This document shows, piece by piece, positions 1 to 13,585 of a stretch of 64,000 bases of DNA (within the stretch, counting starts at the first letter, position 1; every line of letters begins with the position of its first letter). Both the position numbers and the translations under genes were made by a program. Under the pieces are notes generated by a model. It was not told the origin of the DNA and ran no database searches. It was given only the letters and a program-made list of their open reading frames with translations. This DNA is from Hormiphora californensis (lineage: Eukaryota; Animalia; Ctenophora), in contig CM035351.1 in assembly GCA_020137815.1 (NCBI GenBank), positions 2,108,001 to 2,172,000 on the forward strand, read 5' to 3'.

Positions 1-2822
1 GGGTAACCCGGACACAGGTCTTGTTCACCATCTCAACTGTCACCTAGGTGTAGAGTTAAATCATGTTAGAACATGATCTAACATTTCACGATGATTCCTA
101 TACATATTTGCTTTCGGCTGATTAACTAACTGCTAAGTGCATTATTAGCAGCGGGAAAATGTAGTCTCACTAGACCTTTACAACTTACAAATGCTGTACT
201 TTAGCTTTAGTATACTTACCAATGGCATGCTAGTCTGTAGAGTGTATCTGTTTATTAGCTCAGTAACATCAATATCCACACCCTCACTATCTGCACCTTC
301 TTGGAGTGCCTAGACAACATACCCGGGTTAGTATAGTCACATGGCCTCCTTGATAGAGCTGAGACTCTGTTATTATAGGTCATATAGGACCACAGATCCG
401 TGATATAATGTAGTAAAATCTGGGCCCATTATATTTGGCGGCGCTGACCCGATTAGAGCGCACAAAAGCACGTAGACAAATCAAAACACGACACTTATAA
501 TGGGCATTATTACCTGAGTGAAGTCTTGTAAGGTGGCTGTACCAAAGGCAAATCGTTTCAGGTATATTTGTGTTCCCCTACGGAATGCGGCAGGTCCGAT
601 GGTAAAGTATACCATTCGGTAGATTAGGGGCCCCCGCTCGTAGGTGATCGAGTCAAATAGCTGCATAATCTGGAGGGTGGAAAGAGTCAAATAATAGTTT
701 GAAAGCGGCACGAGATGTAAATATTGGTCATTTATTATAAATATAAGGCAGCGGATTACGAGCAATCCCAGCTCTGTGGATTTCTGATTTGAAATGCGTT
801 CTACCAAAGTCACTCACATCACCCTGTTTTTTAGGGTTCCAATATGCGGGTCGGGACATGCTGCCTCCGTCTAACCGTACTGCTCTCTGAAAGATTACAC
901 TGACATTCAGAATCTCAGCAGTGATTGATGGAGGGTGTTAAATCAAAGCTAATGAAATAAATTCTTAGGTAAAATTGTCCGCTCATCAGTGTTTGATCTA
1001 ACGATTGCCCAAAACACCAAATTTCCAATACTGCAGAAATCCCTACCTCATGTGCTTCCAATATCATGTACTCGTCTATGAAGTTGTAGTCATTCCTTGT
1101 ATCATTGTTAGATAGCAGCATGAACCATGACACTGTCGATTCCTTCACATTGATGTCCGACCACCAGTTCTAGAAAAGTGTATGCAAGTAATGGCCAGCT
1201 GTATTATCCGACCATTGATATTGTTGGACATAAGACCGTGGGTTAGCTTACTTAGACCAGATAGATTAAAGGGTTATGGTAGTTAAAAAAAGGTCTATAT
1301 TTAAGAGTAGGTCTAAATTCAGGGTTTATACTCACAGCAGTTACAAGGTCTCCAAACCAAAGGTGTGCTACCTCGTGTGCTAGGATTGCCCGGGAAACAA
1401 GTCTCTCATAGGCAGTGTGTTTTGCAGGGTCGTAGTTTACTATCCACTTTTTACCTGCAATGGAGAAGATTTTCAATCAATCATGACCATACGAAGGTGG
1501 CATCAATGGAGGGGGAGGGGAGAGGGCGTTAGATTATAGCATTTGAGAATAATCATGGGAGTTCAAGTGTAATCATACCTGTTATTAGACCCCAATTTTC
1601 CATGGCGTTTACAAAGATATCATCAAGTGGCATGAGATATAGTTTTTCCAGGGGATAATCGATTCTGGAGAGGGGGTATAGTTGCTGTTAGTTGGACAAA
1701 CTGGAAGGTAACCTCACTGAGGTTGAATTTTAGAAAAAGGAAGATGAGGTTGAATTTTAGAAAAGGGAGCATGGGTTTGGCGGTTAATGGGGGGGGGGGG
1801 GATAGAGTACTACTGACCCTGTGTAATTTTCGAACCAATCCACCAGCTCCGTCATGAGATCTAGTTGAACTTTACTTGCCCCCAGTTCAGAAGGACTTCC
1901 ATACACACGAGTTCGAACTCCCCTCCTCGTCTTACTCTCGATATACCTGGGAGAAAGGGAAACACACGTGCAAAACATGTGACGCAAAACACGAAAACAC
2001 GCCAGCTTTTGGGGCCGTGGAATTGTCACAATAGAAGGAATTTGACAACATAGTAAACATCCTCAATAGATAGTTTTACGTTGTAGTTGATGGAAGTGTG
2101 TCATTATGACATCATCAACCATCTCATACCATACCTGTAATTGTGTCATTATGACGTCATAGTGGTCTCATTATCATACCTGTAGTTGGTTAGGACCAGA
2201 GCTGTGACGTAGGTGCTCATAACGGGTGTGATCCTAAAGGTAGTTGTAACCCAACCGGGTGCCACGACAGTCCTACTAGCCACCGCACCGCAACTCACTG
2301 CCTCGTATATTGATTCGTGGGTCACGATTATCTCAAATCTACAAAACAAGATGGATTATCTTAAATCTAGGGAGGTGTCAGGAAGGATTCAATGGGTGGG
2401 CTGTATATAGAGTCTAGAAGGTGCTGCAAGTAGCTATGATTTCGGGATTTGAAGGTAATTTCGGGATTTGAAGGTAACGGGTATAGACGTGGTTATAATT
2501 GGGAGATGCATGAGTGAATCTATGGGTGATATAGTATAAGAGGATGGACAGGTGAGAAAGGTGTCCGACACCGTGTCTAGTTGTGTGGCTCACACCGCTA
2601 GCTGTGCGGCGAGGGTTCGGTAGATCAAATATCGAGGTCACTGACTTTAGCATTACATCATCATATCGATATCTAGCCGGTTTAAAAAAACTACATTTTT
2701 GACTCTCCGTTCTTTTTCTCTAAAAATTTGCCGGCAAGCGGGCAAGGTTGCTAAATTTTCGCTACAGTGTTTGTGCTTGGCGACTGTTCACGAGAATTAC
2801 AGCTCTGAAAATCTGTGAGAAA

Positions 2823-2853
<31 letters not shown>

Positions 2854-5386
2854 AGAGTAAGATAGCATTATACGAGCACAACATTGTTAGCGAATTCTTT
2901 GATCTGTGTCCTGTGCGTTATACATACCTTGCCTTGAACCGTGGTTCATCAAAACACGGCCATGCTGAACGAGCAAAGTAAGGTGAGAATTGGGTTCCTG
3001 CCATTCTGTTGTTCCAACCTCCATCGTCTTTCCACTCAAAACTAGAAGTGGGTTGTTATGTTCTAACCCTCCCGAAACACAGTCTAGCCAGGCAAGAAGA
3101 AATACCCTCTAACTCAAAAAACAAAAGAGAGAGCACACGCAACACTTCTACACACAAGCGCGTGAAAACCTGCCAGTGCTACTATATACCATTGCAGATT
3201 TCGGGGTTTTTGATACTTTAAAAAAGCATGTTCCAGATGAAGTAGAGAGCTGAAATTTTGTACTCTGAGGGCCCTCATATAGGAGAAGAGGCATGCAAAT
3301 TTTCAGAACGATCGGATGTAAAGTAAAAATTTGCCAGAGGGGTCCCAAAATGCAAAAATGTAAGGAGGGGGAGGGGAGGGGAGGGGAGGGGGAGGAGGAC
3401 GCTTTTTTATCTTTGAGTGTTCTCCTAAACCATAAATAGTAGAGACTTGCCGTTTGGAACAGTGGTTCCTTACATCATTGCGCTCGGTAATAGCTTTGTG
3501 AGAACTTCGAAATCACCATAGTTCATTAATTATTCATTAATTAGTCATTAAATATTCATTTAAACCATGGTCGCGATATGACACGACTCGAAGGTCATAG
3601 AATCTTGACACCGGTCTTATTCGACGCGGAATCATCGATTTATGGGGGGTCTTACTCGGGACAAAAATCTCTATCTCGCACCGTTAAGCCGTTATTTGCA
3701 TATTTATGCACCTATTCACGATTTTATGCATATTTTCAATATTTTCACTTCGGCTGGTCCTAGAACGTTTTCATGGACATATTTCGACGCAAAATAGTCG
3801 ATTTATGGGGGGTCGTCCCCCGGACAAAAAGTCGTATCTTGCACCGTTAAGCCGTTATTTGCATATTTATGCACCGATTCATGATTTAATGCATATTCTG
3901 AATATTTCCAGTTCGGCTGATCCTAGAACGTTTTCATGGACATATTTTGACGCAAAATAGTCGATTTATGGGGGGTCTTACTCGGGACAAAAATCTCTAT
4001 CTCGCACCGTTAAGCCGTTATTTGCATATTTATGCACCGATTCATGATTTAATGCATATTCTTAATATTTCCACTTCGGCTGGTCCTAGAACGTTTTCAT
4101 GGACATATTCCGGCGCAGAATAGTCAATTCTATGGGGGGATTTATGGGGGGTCGTCCCCTAGACAAAAAGTCGTATCTCTCACCGTTTAGTCGTTATTCG
4201 CATATTTATGAACTATTCAAGTTCGAAAATATGCAGAACTCAGAAAAAATAGCTTTTTCTATTTAACACCAAAAAGAACAGAAATTAAGTCCAAAAACCA
4301 ATTAAATAAATTAGTTTGGATGCCCGGGCCCATGTGGTGTCACGGGGGTAACACCTTTAGGCTACTGTCATAAATGATGGATATCGAAAGACTCTCGGAG
4401 AGAGATAAAGGCAAAAGAAATTAGGATAGAAAGAGTGAGATATAATCAAGAAAGATGGAGAGATAAATAAGAGGAGAGAAAAAAAAAGAGAGATATAGTG
4501 AAAGAAACAGTGAGAGAAATAGTGTGAGAGAGAGAGAGAGAGAGAGTGAGAGAGAGATAGATAGAGATAGAAAGATTGAAGGATAACAATTAACAATTAA
4601 CGAGATATGCCGTTAATTATGGCAGTAGCCTAAAGGTGTTACCCCCGTGACACCACATGGGCCCGGGCATCCAAACTAATTTATTTAATTGGTTTTTGGA
4701 CTTAATAGAACTACATGTTTTTTGAGGGCAATTCCTACCTGTAAAATCCACGCATATCAGTCCTAAATTGTCGTTTAAACTCAATTGACAATAAGTAGAG
4801 ACCCGGATCCAAGTTATATTTAATGTAGATCCTTATTAGTTCCTCATTCTTGTCCTCGAGCACATCAAGAATAGGGAATTCATGGTAACGAGAATTAACT
4901 CGCACACTCGTTATATCTAAACCAAGTGCGTGAATCGCTATTTCATCCGTCGCTTCCGTCACTGTAATATTGTGTTTAGGTTTGACACAATGTCTCGCAT
5001 TGGCCAGAGAGCCCACTTTGTGCGAGGGAGGGACTAGCGGGGGGAGGGAGCTCGGGGGAGGCAGAGGTAGAAGAGTACCAAAGAAAAGTAAAGAATTTAC
5101 TTCTAGATAAATCGATTATAATTGAAGATGAGGGTTGGCGAGGTGTTCTCATTTTTACCGTTTATGACAATTTCAGTTTTCCCCTCATATTTCCAGTTCA
5201 CCATATCTGTTTTTAACCGTATCCTATACTGAATTGGCTGAAAAGGGGGATATGGATCTTAATTAATTATGGGCCCAAATAATTGTTCTCTTATAATCTC
5301 TATTATAGAACATGGAGGCTCGCGATATCAAGTTAGACTTCCCCATATAGACCATGTAGCCTAACAAAACTTCCATCGCTTCTCCT

Positions 5387-5465
<79 letters not shown>

Positions 5466-5872
5466 GATTTGTATGGGTATGTTTCCCATGTAGTTATCGT
5501 CTTGATCGGGCTGAGAATATGGAGAGTGGTATGAATGGCTACCTACTAAAGAAATTAGAAAAGCAACCGAAAACTTTCAACGAAACGGTCTTTCCAGGAA
5601 GAATACGTAAATTTCAAAGAACGGCGAAAAAACGAAAAATTGCTGCCAAATCACTTTGAACTAATTCTTTCCTTCCTGGAAAAACTTCTCCTGAATTATT
5701 TGTTTCCAACTTGTCTCAAAAGAAAGAAGGTGGTTTCCATTTAAATTACCACCATGGTTGAGACATCAGTTGCAGGATCTGTCCCCAGTTCCTCCACGAT
5801 ATTATCAATTATCTCGGATATGTTGCTTGCAGTAGCGCTACATAACAACAGTGGTAGAATTGTCCATAACAT
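1..5872 (-). CDS. M1-family zinc aminopeptidase (aminopeptidase N-like), multi-exon, 3' part runs off the window start
   Basis: Minus-strand exons encode a signal peptide MLWTILPLLLCSATA (ATG 5872), an N-domain exon ending MRGFYR (~4737-4980), ARSAWPCFDEPRFKA (~2930-2975), TPVMSTY, NAMENWGLIT (~1580-1625), HEVAHLWFGDLVT (~1335-1380), WWSDINVKES and LFDSITYERG. Exon boundaries are approximate. Confidence 0.9.
3637..4215. repeat. 163-bp tandem repeat (~3.5 copies) inside an intronic repetitive element
   Basis: GATTTATGGGG recurs at 3637, 3800 and 3963; copies 1/3 and 2/4 resemble each other most (dimeric higher order). Confidence 0.85.
4284..4706. repeat. Foldback: ~100-bp inverted arms around an AG-rich spacer
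   Basis: ATTAAGTCCAAAAACC...GGCTACTG (4284-~4385) is the reverse complement of ~4604-4706. Confidence 0.85.
5388..5460. repeat. (CT)n microsatellite
   Basis: Read directly from the sequence. Confidence 0.95.
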
Positions 5873-8221
5873 CACAGATGTGATCTGATCTATCTCGAGC
5901 TGATATCCGATAGCCCTCTAGGCTGAGTCTGTAGTGCAGTGATCACGTGATTCCTGTGCTTGTAGTTGTAACTCCCAAAGTATAGCTGCTCCGCTGTACA
6001 ACACTGTGTATCGTGTGTGTGTAGACGCTACAAATAAATACAAAAGTAAATATACCAGGAGTAAACTGCCTCTGTACAAAATAAACCCTGATCCGGAGGC
6101 AGCAAATGGTACTAGGCACTAAAATACACAGTCGACAAGTCAGTGTAGTTCTGTAGTCGATAAGTCAGTGTTGTTCTAACTTCTTCTACGCCTGATATAT
6201 AATCAGCTGATAGGTGCTGACGCTGATATTCAAATATCAAGATGGGTATTTTCTCTCTTGTAGGGGTGACCAACTGCTGCACATATATCAGGGTTTTTTA
6301 GTTTGCAAAACAAGCCATACAAATACAAGCTGGCAATGCCAAAAACAGTGCTTTATTTGCCAAAGTTGACAGTAAAATACAGGACACACACGTAGCAGCT
6401 GGAGTTAAAGTGGTTAACGGGCGTTTACAATGTAAAATATAGTTAGAGTTAGACCGCGATGACAGGAATCAATTCCAAGATATTTATATTGTGATGATAT
6501 ATCGAGTGCAAAGTGCAATTTGTAGGGAAAACATATACTGGATTTAGTATCGGAGAGCTTCCAGAATTATTGCTGGGGAAAATCTGGATGAGTTTTAATC
6601 GAATAACTCGGGTAATCAAACCCGGATAATTTACCTAACAATTATATGCGGGTCATATAGAAGATTAAACTACTCATACCCATTACCCATGTCCCATATG
6701 CGAAGAGAAGGTCTACTAGAAAGTCAAGAGTTCAATATATTTATCCCCTAATAATAATATAGGGCGATCAGAGATATATGGCAGATGATATTACAATTAT
6801 GCTCATGTTACAAAATGCAAATGTTACACCATAGGGTATGGCTAATATATAGTACATAACGTTCTGCACGCAGTGCAAGCGCGCCATATACGCTCTGCAC
6901 TGCAGAGCGTATATGGAGGTGAAATGCACGACAGCGGAGCTGGAGTGCATTTCACATCTATATTGCACGAGTGAAACGAGTGCGATATAGGGGCGCTTGC
7001 ACATGCCGTGCAGGACGTTATTGAGTATATATTCCGCGAGAAAACACACGACAAGCAAAACAATAATAATTTTGGGTGATTACACACAGAGAGATGTGAC
7101 AAAACAAGGTACAAACTAAGCAAAACTAGACAAAAATACACTTCTACACCGGTTACACACAAGGGAGAGAAGGTCTGATAGTTTGAAACAGTGAAAAGAA
7201 AAGAGAGATAAAGAGAGAGATGCGAGAGAGGGAGATTGGAATTCTTGGAAATAGCAAACAACAAAACGTGTAAGGGGATAATTAGTGAGAGAAAGAGGGA
7301 GAGTGAGTGTAAAATGGCAGACTGTGTGTCGTGTAGTACCTTGTCAGTCATATTCTGTGTGTTTGTGTGTGAATAAGGTGTAAAAACACATTTCTCACTT
7401 AAATCCCGCTACCTCTATATATGCACGCTCCCGCGGAAGCACAGTGCATATTTCAGCGTGCAAATGGTCGCGCACAGCGGGAGTGATATGTGCACTCGCG
7501 GTATATATATACTATAATCAAAGCTTCTAAACTGTTAGGTCGTGAATCTAGAGCGACTGTAGAGTGAAGAAGGAAGGAAAGGAAGGAAGGAAAGTGAAGA
7601 AGGAAGGAAAGTGAAGAAGTGATCATTTTAGAGATGCGATAAGGTGGTAAAGTCCACTAACGTTGCTGCAAGGGAGGGTACCACCAATTGATAAGAGCCA
7701 AGAATGAATATGTAGGGTCAGATAACAGGACATTAAATATGCACAAATTCCCGCATTTTCTGCACCTAAATCAAAATGTAGACAGTTGGGTGATCGGATA
7801 ACTGTTTATTAGCCTCATGTTTGATATTCAGAGTTTTTGTTATTCTCTCTGTGGCTGGACAAATGAATCAGACGGGTATAATGACGCTACCAGTTTCGAG
7901 GATCTACCTCTTCATCGGGCTACAAAAATAAATAGTGTTAATTATAAATATATAGTAAAAACTAAAATCACACACGTCAATCAACATAAAATTATAAATC
8001 AGCACTTTAATAATAAACTAAACACTGTACAGAGGAGCAAGTCTCATATGAACAGTACAGAGTGAACTGAAGTTACCGTTACAATACAGCAGGTGAGATG
8101 AAGTGATAAACAAATAGGGCGTGCATGAGGTGATACACAAGGACTATCACAAATTAATACAAACTATTACGCACACAAACACACGAACCCACTGGACAAC
8201 AACAACAACAGCAACTAAATA

Positions 8222-9925
8222 TTAAATTAAATATCTCGTAAGTTCGGAACATTCCTCTTTATTGTTCATACCAGGTCTCAGTTTCTGTATATACATGGCC
8301 TCTAAAATTTTCCTCTTTAAAATGTTTCTCTCGGTGGTTAATATCTTAAAACTGAGTTTAGGGGGTGTGTTTTTATGACGTGATGTGTAATGAATGGCTA
8401 GAGGGGTATCAATGTAGCTCGGCGCATTAGGATTGTTAGCATTGCGGGAATGTTCTGACAATCTGTCGTGTACCGACCTACAAGACTCTCCCACATAGAT
8501 TTCACCACACAATAAACATGTTATCTGGTACACTGGTGACATGGTGTTACACGAGCCCTTCTCGAGTCTTTCACAAATATTACAATTTTTCGCAAGACAC
8601 TCTAGATTGTCGTGAGGACGTGAGCTACATAGCATGTCTCTCAAGCGGGTGCCTGGGGTGAAGACTAAATCGATTGGCAGAGCTCTGGCGGTGATAAACT
8701 TACGTATTTCACCACTCACAGTTTCAGAAACATACGGTAATTTCAACATCACATTGTTATTACCCTTTGTCAACCTACCCCGGGTTCTCTGTTCTCCAAA
8801 TTGTCTGGGGTGTTCATACCCATTAGCTAAAAGAAGTCTGTCAGTAATGGCTAAGGACTGTTCCAATAATTCCGGGTTAGATGATGAGATCTCTGCAGTT
8901 CTGTAGAAGTTGCGTACTGTCTGCACTTTCGTTTCCAGAGGATGGTGAGACCGGAAGTGCAGGGTGATGTCCTTTCTCGTACCTTTTCGATAGAACTTAG
9001 ATTCCAGCTTATCATCAGTAATTCGAATCTCAGTGCCAAGGAATGGTGTAAATTCTCCGTCCTCAGGAAAATCCACCTCCCATTTTAACAATTCTCTCGG
9101 ATCTTGTCGGGCAATGTTATTGAAAAGAGAGATGGCGGTTTCCCTGTTATCTGCGAGCGTCCAGGCATCATCAATGTACCGGCCGTACAATGATAAAGAG
9201 ATGAATTTCACGTCGGTATAGATGGTTGCCCTCTCAAATTTGTAAACTCGAATAACTGCAGCAATAGGACTTGGTCGACAGCCCATAAACAAACCAACCA
9301 ACTGTTTGTATACTCTACCACAGTAAGTGAAGTAGGAGTTAGTTAGCACCAATTCCAGGATCTGGTGCACGTCACAGAGATGCAACTCACGGAGATTCAG
9401 GAGCTCTCTATTCTCAGCAGCAAAGTCAATGACATCCTTCACACAATCCTCGATCACAAGATTGGTGTATAGAGCTGAAATGTCTGCTGAGCAGAAGTGC
9501 TTACCCTTCAGCTGTTCTGGTGGGAGTTCAGCTAACTGTTTGAGGTGCGTGTGTATGTTGCTCAGATGACTGGGGATCAGATTCAGGAGGGGACTCAGGA
9601 TCTGGGTTACCAGAGCAGCCAATTTCTCCGAGGGGGATCCGACACATGACACAATTGGCCGCACCTTCCCTTGCTCTAAGATGTCTGTTGGAGAGCATAG
9701 GGAGTCAGCATTGAACTTATGGGTCTTTACGAGAACATACATACATGGCAGACGAGTGTTGGTCGTCTTTAGTGCCTTGTACATTTGATCCCCAAAACCT
9801 CTCGACACACAGATATCTCCCCACAGGTGATTGCATTCGTTTTCAAGGTGGGAAACATACCAAGAGATCTGATTTTGGTATGTAGTCTGGGTTGGTCGAC
9901 GTACATCCACCCACTCTCCCTTCAA
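8222..9925 (-). pseudogene. 5'-truncated inverted copy of the Penelope ORF
   Basis: Protein is identical to the C-terminal ~566 aa of 10805-13585; no native start codon. Confidence 0.9.
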
Positions 9926-10698
9926 TTATCACCGCCAGAGCTCTGCCAATCGATTTAGTCTTCACCCCAGGCACCCGCTTGAGAGACATGCTATGTAGCT
10001 CACGTCCTCACGACAATCTAGAGTGTCTTGCGAAAAATTGTAATATTTGTGAAAGACTCGAGAAGGGCTCGTGTAACACCATGTCACCAGTGTACCAGAT
10101 AACATGTTTATTGTGTGGTGAAATCTATGTGGGAGAGTCTTGTAGGTCGGTACACGACAGATTGTCAGAACATTCCCGCAATGCTAACAATCCTAATGCG
10201 CCGAGCTACATTGATACCCCTCTAGCCATTCATTACACATCACGTCATAAAAACACACCCCCTAAACTCAGTTTTAAGATATTAACCACCGAGAGAAACA
10301 TTTTAAAGAGGAAAATTTTAGAGGCCATGTATATACAGAAACTGAGACCTGGTATGAACAATAAAGAGGAATGTTCCGAACTTACGAGATATTTAATTTA
10401 ATATTTAGTTGCTGTTGTTGTTGTTGTCCAGTGGGTTCGTGTGTTTGTGTGCGTAATAGTTTGTATTAATTTGTGATAGTCCTTGTGTATCACCTCATGC
10501 ACGCCCTATTTGTTTATCACTTCATCTCACCTGCTGTATTGTAACGGTAACTTCAGTTCACTCTGTACTGTTCATATGAGACTTGCTCCTCTGTACAGTG
10601 TTTAGTTTATTATTAAAGTGCTGATTTATAATTTTATGTTGATTGACGTGTGTGATTTTAGTTTTTACTATATATTTATAATTAACACTATTTATTTT

Positions 10699-10746
10699 TG
10701 TAGCCCGATGAAGAGGTAGATCCTCGAAACTGGTAGCGTCATTATA
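10699..10746 (+). ncRNA. Putative variant minimal hammerhead ribozyme in the Penelope pLTR (also 13883-13930 + and 7877-7924 -)
   Basis: CCGATGA-a-GAGG(tagat)CCTC-GAAAC-tggtagc-GTC; core has C in place of U4 and stem I is weak. PLE pLTRs commonly carry minimal hammerheads. Confidence 0.5.
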
Positions 10747-10804
10747 CCCGTCTGATTCATTTGTCCAGCCACAGAGAGAATAACAAAAACTCTGAATATC
10801 AAAC

Positions 10805-13585
10805 ATGAGGCTAATAAACAGTTATCCGATCACCCAACTGTCTACTATCGTCCTTTCTCCACAACAGTTCGGATTGGCTCGAGCACTTTTAGCACATGGA
10901 GAGCGACTAAAATCGTTTGAACAGCGCCTAAACTTCTTGAAGCGATGTAAGTCCTCCCAGATCTTCCCGGCATTTATCCAGAACAATATTCACTTCTCCT
11001 CGGCGTTGCTGTTCCCATCCGGAACCCCCCATTGTGTTACTCGCATGCTAGGTGCGATTAAGCTGCAGGCCCTCCGTATCGCTATCGCCAATCACTTCAA
11101 TCTAATCAGTCAGGAGAAGCATCGAATCATTGAATCCAGACAGAGACTGTCCAGTTATTGTTCCAGTTCAGTATATTATTTTGTCCAGTCTGTCTTTGAG
11201 GAAAATAATGGGAGGATGAAGAGTGAGATTAAGAGGAAACTTAAGGGGAAATTTGAGTTGCAGCGTACCCGACAACGCCCGGTCCCGCCCGAACCTACAA
11301 CTCCTACACCACAACATCTTGTTTCCCCTCCGTCCATGAAACCTGAAAGTGTCCCAGAGGAGCGTGTGACAAACCTTTTGACCGTTTTGTCGCCCCAAGA
11401 AAAAGCGGTTCTTGAGTTAGGTCCCAACTTTGCATTGACCCCTACTGTGGGAGACAGATTCATATCAGAGGTCAACGCAGAACTCGCGGCTTGTGCCTAC
11501 CGACTCAGGTGGCAACAGTCTTCCCTCGAACGGGACACAGTGCCCACACGGCTGCAGGTATGGAGACAGGACAAGATACCTACCAACAGGAGGTTCATCA
11601 ACCCACCCCCACCAGCTAGTACTGAGATGGAGGAGAACCTTCGACAGCTGCAGAAGAAAATCCACGTGCAACTGGAACACACCAAGATCCAGTTCAATCT
11701 CTCACACCAGGAAGCAGCTGGTCTGAAATCTCTCAAATCCCGTCTCCATGACATACATATCTCGGTTAGTGATAAGGGTGGTGAGTTCGTGGTAACAGAT
11801 CGCAACCTGCAACAACAATTGACACAGACTCATTTAGATACTAACTCAGGTGTGTATCAAATCATACACCCCACTAGAAAATTGAAGGGAGAGTGGGTGG
11901 ATGTACGTCGACCAACCCAGACTACATACCAAAATCAGATCTCTTGGTATGTTTCCCACCTTGAAAACGAATGCAATCACCTGTGGGGAGATATCTGTGT
12001 GTCGAGAGGCTTTGGGGATCAAATGTACAAGGCACTAAAGACGACCAACACTCGTCTGCCATGTATGTATGTTCTCGTAAAGACCCATAAGTTCAATGCT
12101 GACTCCCTATGCTCTCCAACAGACATCTTAGAGCAAGGGAAGGTGCGGCCAATTGTGTCATGTGTCGGATCCCCCTCGGAGAAATTGGCTGCTCTGGTAA
12201 CCCAGATCCTGAGTCCCCTCCTGAATCTGATCCCCAGTCATCTGAGCAACATACACACGCACCTCAAACAGTTAGCTGAACTCCCACCAGAACAGCTGAA
12301 GGGTAAGCACTTCTGCTCAGCAGACATTTCAGCTCTATACACCAATCTTGTGATCGAGGATTGTGTGAAGGATGTCATTGACTTTGCTGCTGAGAATAGA
12401 GAGCTCCTGAATCTCCGTGAGTTGCATCTCTGTGACGTGCACCAGATCCTGGAATTGGTGCTAACTAACTCCTACTTCACTTACTGTGGTAGAGTATACA
12501 AACAGTTGGTTGGTTTGTTTATGGGCTGTCGACCAAGTCCTATTGCTGCAGTTATTCGAGTTTACAAATTTGAGAGGGCAACCATCTATACCGACGTGAA
12601 ATTCATCTCTTTATCATTGTACGGCCGGTACATTGATGATGCCTGGACGCTCGCAGATAACAGGGAAACCGCCATCTCTCTTTTCAATAACATTGCCCGA
12701 CAAGATCCGAGAGAATTGTTAAAATGGGAGGTGGATTTTCCTGAGGACGGAGAATTTACACCATTCCTTGGCACTGAGATTCGAATTACTGATGATAAGC
12801 TGGAATCTAAGTTCTATCGAAAAGGTACGAGAAAGGACATCACCCTGCACTTCCGGTCTCACCATCCTCTGGAAACGAAAGTGCAGACAGTACGCAACTT
12901 CTACAGAACTGCAGAGATCTCATCATCTAACCCGGAATTATTGGAACAGTCCTTAGCCATTACTGACAGACTTCTTTTAGCTAATGGGTATGAACACCCC
13001 AGACAATTTGGAGAACAGAGAACCCGGGGTAGGTTGACAAAGGGTAATAACAATGTGATGTTGAAATTACCGTATGTTTCTGAAACTGTGAGTGGTGAAA
13101 TACGTAAGTTTATCACCGCCAGAGCTCTGCCAATCGATTTAGTCTTCACCCCAGGCACCCGCTTGAGAGACATGCTATGTAGCTCACGTCCTCACGACAA
13201 TCTAGAGTGTCTTGCGAAAAATTGTAATATTTGTGAAAGACTCGAGAAGGGCTCGTGTAACACCATGTCACCAGTGTACCAGATAACATGTTTATTGTGT
13301 GGTGAAATCTATGTGGGAGAGTCTTGTAGGTCGGTACACGACAGATTGTCAGAACATTCCCGCAATGCTAACAATCCTAATGCGCCGAGCTACATTGATA
13401 CCCCTCTAGCCATTCATTACACATCACGTCATAAAAACACACCCCCTAAACTCAGTTTTAAGATATTAACCACCGAGAGAAACATTTTAAAGAGGAAAAT
13501 TTTAGAGGCCATGTATATACAGAAACTGAGACCTGGTATGAACAATAAAGAGGAATGTTCCGAACTTACGAGATATTTAATTTAA
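10805..13585 (+). CDS. Penelope reverse transcriptase + GIY-YIG endonuclease, intact 926 aa
   Basis: LELGPNF, SDKGG, KTHK, RPIVS, ADISALYTN, QLVGLFMG, RYIDD, PFLG, FYRK, SHHP; C-terminal VYQITCLLCGEIYVGES..R..EH and E..I..LRPGMN. Confidence 0.96.
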   Translation: MRLINSYPITQLSTIVLSPQQFGLARALLAHGERLKSFEQRLNFLKRCKSSQIFPAFIQNNIHFSSALLFPSGTPHCVTRMLGAIKLQALRIAIANHFNLISQEKHRIIESRQRLSSYCSSSVYYFVQSVFEENNGRMKSEIKRKLKGKFELQRTRQRPVPPEPTTPTPQHLVSPPSMKPESVPEERVTNLLTVLSPQEKAVLELGPNFALTPTVGDRFISEVNAELAACAYRLRWQQSSLERDTVPTRLQVWRQDKIPTNRRFINPPPPASTEMEENLRQLQKKIHVQLEHTKIQFNLSHQEAAGLKSLKSRLHDIHISVSDKGGEFVVTDRNLQQQLTQTHLDTNSGVYQIIHPTRKLKGEWVDVRRPTQTTYQNQISWYVSHLENECNHLWGDICVSRGFGDQMYKALKTTNTRLPCMYVLVKTHKFNADSLCSPTDILEQGKVRPIVSCVGSPSEKLAALVTQILSPLLNLIPSHLSNIHTHLKQLAELPPEQLKGKHFCSADISALYTNLVIEDCVKDVIDFAAENRELLNLRELHLCDVHQILELVLTNSYFTYCGRVYKQLVGLFMGCRPSPIAAVIRVYKFERATIYTDVKFISLSLYGRYIDDAWTLADNRETAISLFNNIARQDPRELLKWEVDFPEDGEFTPFLGTEIRITDDKLESKFYRKGTRKDITLHFRSHHPLETKVQTVRNFYRTAEISSSNPELLEQSLAITDRLLLANGYEHPRQFGEQRTRGRLTKGNNNVMLKLPYVSETVSGEIRKFITARALPIDLVFTPGTRLRDMLCSSRPHDNLECLAKNCNICERLEKGSCNTMSPVYQITCLLCGEIYVGESCRSVHDRLSEHSRNANNPNAPSYIDTPLAIHYTSRHKNTPPKLSFKILTTERNILKRKILEAMYIQKLRPGMNNKEECSELTRYLI

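Noticed and set aside
7817-8065. 82-aa ORF present three times (also 10558-10806, 13742-13990)
   Set aside because: Antisense to the Penelope 3' UTR; it recurs only because the pLTR is repeated.
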